Positions 59,312 through 64,000 of a DNA stretch of 64,000 nt are shown one piece after another. Below the pieces are notes generated by a model that was not told the DNA's origin, did not search any database, and worked only from the letters and a program-made list of their open reading frames with translations. The DNA lies in contig NW_027362771.1 of NCBI RefSeq assembly GCF_046119375.1, positions 344,286,001 to 344,350,000 of the forward strand, in the 5' to 3' direction. Both the position numbers and the translations under genes were made by a program. The stretch is from Phyllobates terribilis (taxonomy: Eukaryota). How positions within the stretch are numbered: the first letter of the stretch is position 1; each line of letters opens with the position of its first letter.

Positions 59312-60919
59312 AGTAGAGGTTAAGCTTACTGGCCTATAATTTCCAAGTTTGGTTTTTGTCCCCTTTTTGAATATGGGCACCACATTTGCTATACGCCAGT
59401 CCTGTGGTACAGACCCTGTTATTATGGAATCTTTAAAGACTAAAATTAATGGTCTATCTATGACTTTTACTTAACTCCTGCTGTACTCGTGGGTGTATTG
59501 CATCCGGGCCCTGTGATATGTCAACTTAAGTGATTTTTAGACGCCGCCATTACATTTAATGGAGAATTTTTTCATCACTGATCATGCTTTCTGTCATGTG
59601 ATTTTCTGTGTAAATATTGTTGAAAAAAAATCATTTAGCATATTGCCTTTTTCCTCATCCACCATTTCACCCAGACTATTTTTAAGCGGGCCAATACTAT
59701 CGTTTTTTACTATTTATGTAGTTAAAGAATATTTTGGGGTTATTTTTACTTTCTCTGTCAATGAGAATTTATTTAATTTTCTGTATTTATTTAATGCCTC
59801 ATCACTACCTACTTGCTATAGCGCTCTAAATGCTTTCCTTTTGTCACTTATTGCACCCCTTAAAGCTCTATTTAGCCATAGTGGTTTCCTCCTATTTCTA
59901 GCATGTTTATTCTCATAGGGTATATACTGTGCACAGGTCCTATTCAGGATGCTAATAAATGTCTCCCATTTGCTTTGTGTAGTTTTATGTCTCAGGATAT
60001 CGTCCCAGTTTATTGCACTAAGATCATCTCTCAACCGTTGGAAAATTGCCTTCCTGAAGTTTAGTGTCCTTGTAACCCCTCTACTACACATCTTACTAAA
60101 GGATACATGAAAGCTTATTATTTCGTGAGCACTGTGACCCCCAACTCGTATATTTGATATGCGGGTTGGCCTGTTGCTTAATATTAGGTCTAGCAGTGCC
60201 CCCCTTCTTGTTGGGTCCTGAACCAGTTGTGAAAGGTAATTGTCTCTCATAGTTGTCAAAAACCTATTACCTTTGCTTGAACTACAGGTTTCTGTTCCCC
60301 AATGTATTTCAGGTTAGTTAAAGTCCCCCATAATAATGACTTCTCCTTGCGTCTCTCCTTCATCTATTTGCTTTATGAGGATATTCTCCACTGCTTCCAT
60401 TATTTTTAGAGACCTATAACAAACCCCTATCAGTAACTTATTATTTTTCCCCCCTCCCCTTATCTCCACCCACAGAGACTCTACATTTTCATTAGATTCA
60501 CATATATTCTTACGCAAGATGGGTTTTAAGGATGATTTTACATATAAACACCCCCCCCCCCCCTCGCTTGTTTGTACGGTCATTTCTGAACAGACTATAA
60601 CCCTGTAAATTAACTGCCCAGTTATGGCGCTCGTCCAGCCATGGCTCTCGCCCAGCCATGTCTCAGATATCCCCACCATGTCATAATTATTTTCCAACAA
60701 AATTAATTCTAATTCCTCCATTTTGTTGGTGAGGCTTCTGGTATTAGTGTACATGCATTTTATGTATCTCTCTGTACCTCTATTCCTTCTTACTATATTG
60801 ATACTTCTAACCCCACCTCCAATTTCTTTATTTGTGCCCAGGTCACTATCTGCACTATATTCCTCACCTATAAAATGAATACACTCCTCCAACCTTCTAG
60901 CCATTTTCTCCCCGTGCAC

Positions 60920-61270
60920 AGCAGCACCCTCCCCATTGAGGTGCAGCCCGTCTCTAGTGTAGAACCTGTAGCCAACTGAGAAGTCGGGCCAGTCCTCCAG
61001 GAACCCAAACCCCTCCTTCCTACACCAATTCCTGAGCCACTTATTTATTTCCCTAATCTTCCGTTGCCTCTCTGGCGTGGCACGTAGTACAGGTAGTATT
61101 TAAGAGAATACCACCTTGGAGGTCCTTGCTTTAAGCTTGCAGCCTAATTCCCTGAAATCATCTTTAAGGACCTTCCACCTACCTCTAACTTTTTCATTTG
61201 TGCCAATGTGCACCATGACCGCTGGGTCCTCACCAGCCCCTCCCAGTAATCTGTCAACCCGACCTGCCAC
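60920..61270 (-). pseudogene. CR1 ORF1 SGNH/GDSL-like esterase domain remnant
   Basis: RVDRLLGGAGEDPAVMVHIGTNE...VVFS*ILPV...WLRNWCRKEGFGFLEDW...RDGLHLNGEG. Confidence 0.85.
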
Positions 61271-61641
61271 GCCTTTTTGTAACTGGGATAAAACACCAAG
61301 GTTACTTACGGGTAGCCGGTTTTTCGAGAACCCATGACAGCACACCTGAGAGAGAATCCGCCCTTCAAGGACAGGAAACTATCTGAAATAAAAGGCGGCA
61401 CCTCTCCCCCGCTTCAGTTGGTTACAGAGCATTGAGAGGACCTCCATAAAAAAGTTAGATACAAAATCCAACACCACATCAAATAACACCCAACAAACGT
61501 GCACACCCATATGGTGAGAAATAAGGATGGGGAATATACGGGTGCTGTCATGGGTTCTGGAAAAACCGGCTTCTGGTAAGTAACCTTGATTTTTTCCCTT
61601 CACCCATGACAGCACAACTGAATTTTGGAGAAAGAAACACC

Positions 61642-63639
61642 TTAGGGAGGGACCACCGCTTGCTGCACCCTTCTACCAAAGGTTAAGTCAGATAGGCAGG
61701 ATAGATCCAAACGGTAGTGTCTGAAAAAGGTAGATGGTGATGACCATGTAGCGGCCTTCCAAATCTGATCTATCGATACCTCTGCCTTCTCTGCCCAGGA
61801 GGTAGCCACGGCCCTGGTGGAGTGAGCTTTGATGCCGTCAGGGATCGGGGTGTTAATAGTCGGGTAGGCTAAGCAAATGGCCTCCCTAATCCATCTGGCT
61901 ATAGTTGCTTTTGTCACCCCAAAACCCTCCCTACTCCCCTGGAAGGCTACGAACAGGGATTGGCTACGTCTCTACTGGCTAGTTTCTTTTATGTATTGTA
62001 ATAGAGCCCTTCTAACATCAAGGTTATGAAACTTTTGCTCCCCTGGGGTCTTTAGGCTGTTACAAAAGGAGGGCAGAACAATTTCCTGAGATCTATTAAA
62101 CTTGAGCGCAACCTTAAAAAGGTAGGCTGGATCAGGCCTCAATACTATTCTATCCTCAAATATTTGTGTATGTGGAGGATTTCTGGATAGGGCCTGCAAA
62201 TCACTTACTCTACGGGCCAGTGTTAAAGCTACCAAAATAATCGTTTTGAGAGTTATGTATTTTGCAGACAACTCCTGAACTGGTTCAAAGGATTCCATAG
62301 TTAGGGCGTCAAGTACTAACTTTAGGTTCCATGGAGGAACTTTGGGTATTGAGACTGGCCTAAATCTACCACAAGATTTAATGAACCTTGTAATCCATTT
62401 ATTGGCTGCGAGGTTATGGTTATATAGCGCACCCAAGGCAGAAACCTGGACCTTAAGTGTACTGGTAGCCAGACCTAACTCAAACCCTTTCTGTAAGAAC
62501 TCCAAGATGGAATTAATTGGAGGTTTTTGGCTTAATGGCTTTCCTAGGAAATCTGAAAATTTTCTCCTTGTTCTACCATAGATTTTGGTGGTTATGAGCT
62601 TTCTACTTTTTAATAGAGTAAACACTAAACCTGATGAAAAACCTTTGCCCCTCAATATTGCCCTCTCAAATTCCACGCTACTATGTGGAAATCCTTCACT
62701 TGAGAGTGGAATATTGGTCCCTGAGCTAGAAGGTCAGGGGTCTCTGGTAGGATCCATGGGTCTGAACGTGACATCATCCTCAAAAGGGAGAACCATGGTC
62801 TCTTTGGCCAGAAGGGGGCTATGAGAATCACTTCTGCTTGATCCTTCCTGATCTTCCTCACTACCAGAGGTATCATAGTTATTGGAGGGAAGGCATAGGC
62901 CAACTTGAAGTTCCAAGGGATCTGGAGAGCATCTATTGCCAATGGGTTTCCCCTTGGGTCTAGTGAGCAGAACTTCTCCACTTTCCTGTTGTTTTTGTCG
63001 GCGAACAAATCTATCTCTGGTAGACCCCACAGCTGTACTATCTGATGGAATATTCTGGGATTCAGGGCCCATTTCCCTTGCCTCAACTTGTTGCGGCTTA
63101 GGAAGTCTGCTCTCGTGGTTTCTTTGCCTCTTATATGTAGCGCCGTAAGAGAGAGAAGATTTTGCTCCGCTATTTGAAAAAGCCAGTCTACTGCTTCCAG
63201 AAGAGAATGAGATCTTGTTCCCCCCTGGTGGTTTATGTAGGCCACAGTGGTTCTGTTGTCCAACATAACCCGAACATGACGACCCTGGAGAAAAGGGAGG
63301 AAGCCTTCTAAAGCGTTCCTCACTGCCCATAGCTCTTTTAGATTTGACGAGCCCTTTTTCTCTAGGAATGAACAAGAGCCTTGAATTATGTGATTTTCTA
63401 GGTGTGCGCCCCACCCTGAATTGCTTGCGTTGGTCGTGATGATGTTTTGTACTGGTGTGTCCCACTGGACCCCCAGATATAAATTTGACCTGTCTGTCCA
63501 CCACAAGAGGACGTTCCTGGTTCGCAAGGAGAGATGTACCTTTCCTTCTAAATACCCTTTTAACAATCTTTGTGCTGACAAGATTTCCCACTGAAGGTTT
63601 CTTGTGTGAAATTGGGCCCACTTGACCGCCGGAATGCAT
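61642..63639 (-). pseudogene. DIRS tyrosine recombinase ORF, broken into 62734-63639, 61972-62676 and 61642-61917
   Basis: Catalytic motifs LARRVSDL, AHSTRAVATSW and FFRHYRLD. Confidence 0.88.
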
Positions 63640-64000
63640 GATGTTAGAGTACCTAGCAGGGACATATCCTTTCTTAAGGACATGTCTGGGGTGTGTATGG
63701 CTGCTGACACCAAATTTGTGACTTTGTCTATTTTGCTTTCAGGTAGAAGGCAAGTCTGACACTCGGAATTTAGAGTGAACCTCAGAAATGACTGGACCCT
63801 TGCGGGTTCTAGCCTTGATTTTTGGGTATTGACCATCCAGCCTAAGTTCTGCAAAACAACCATGACTTGATTCAGTTGTGAAATACATTGGCTCTCTGAA
63901 TTCCCCACTATAAGGAAGTCGTCCAGATATGGTATTATAACTGTATTTTGAATGTGAAGAAAGGCTGTCACCTCGGCTATCAGCTTGGTGAATACCCTTG
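62652..64000 (-). CDS. DIRS RT / RNase H / Dam-like methyltransferase ORF (5' part outside the window)
   Basis: RVFTKLIAEV, IPYLDDFLIVG, TTNASNSGWGAH, LDNRTTVAYINHQGG, IDLFAD and AYAFPP. Confidence 0.9.
   Translation of the reverse strand, partial: RVFTKLIAEVTAFLHIQNTVIIPYLDDFLIVGNSESQCISQLNQVMVVLQNLGWMVNTQKSRLEPARVQSFLRFTLNSECQTCLLPESKIDKVTNLVSAAIHTPDMSLRKDMSLLGTLTSCIPAVKWAQFHTRNLQWEILSAQRLLKGYLEGKVHLSLRTRNVLLWWTDRSNLYLGVQWDTPVQNIITTNASNSGWGAHLENHIIQGSCSFLEKKGSSNLKELWAVRNALEGFLPFLQGRHVRVMLDNRTTVAYINHQGGTRSHSLLEAVDWLFQIAEQNLLSLTALHIRGKETTRADFLSRNKLRQGKWALNPRIFHQIVQLWGLPEIDLFADKNNRKVEKFCSLDPRGNPLAIDALQIPWNFKLAYAFPPITMIPLVVRKIRKDQAEVILIAPFWPKRPWFSLLRMMSRSDPWILPETPDLLAQGPIFHSQVKDFHIVAWNLRGQY

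Larger units (their letters stand above)
56050..61270 (-). mobile_element. CR1 LINE (partial ORF1 esterase, ORF2 APE + RT), internally deleted and interrupted by an L2
   Basis: (ACTATGTT)n-type tail at 56050-56063; RT motifs [20 protein letters not shown] and FADDTKL; APE motifs CMYTNTRSL, VGISETWL, IMGDFN and LDLILSN; SGNH motifs GTNE and DGLHL. Confidence 0.93.
61290..64000 (-). mobile_element. DIRS1-like tyrosine-recombinase retrotransposon, 3' half
   Basis: RT-RNaseH-methyltransferase ORF, overlapping YR ORF, and terminal inverted repeat plus internal complementary region at 61297-61615. Confidence 0.95.

Noticed and set aside
53158-64000. Further csnk1g1 coding exons (EP.KSRAPQLHLEY...)
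   Set aside because: Not found by reading; they presumably lie beyond the window, or less likely in the 53676-53835 gap.

Overview
Vertebrate genomic DNA, most likely an anuran amphibian (inferred from the TE repertoire), densely filled with transposable elements and containing three N-gaps. The only host gene I can support is the 5' part of casein kinase I gamma 1 (csnk1g1) on the + strand. It has a CpG-rich promoter at ~15.9-16.7 kb, a non-coding first exon ending at 16621, a ~29.5-kb intron 1, exon 2 (46114-46503, ATG 46323) and the 41-nt exon 3 (53117-53157). Upstream lies a Tf1/sushi-type Gypsy retrotransposon (1-4530, - strand) with a visible self-priming PBS and a -1 frameshift pseudoknot, disrupted by an antisense solo LTR of its own family. 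There is also an L2 LINE carrying a nested stack of three solo LTRs. The introns hold five Tc1 copies (a sixth lies upstream at 4742-7100), Harbinger, hAT and Kolobok/T2-type MITEs, Penelope-like remnants with hammerhead-like motifs, a CR1 with a nested L2, and the 3' half of a DIRS1-like element. The most notable observations are: tRNA-independent priming modules whose primer sequence differs between LTR subfamilies; a TSD-flanked chimera of an inverted hammerhead-like unit plus a polyadenylated 3'-UTR-like fragment; a micro-inversion that flips a Tc1 start codon; co-varying perfect hairpins and bidirectional splice donors in MITEs; and a dense uORF cluster in the csnk1g1 leader. All calls were made by eye, with no database searches.
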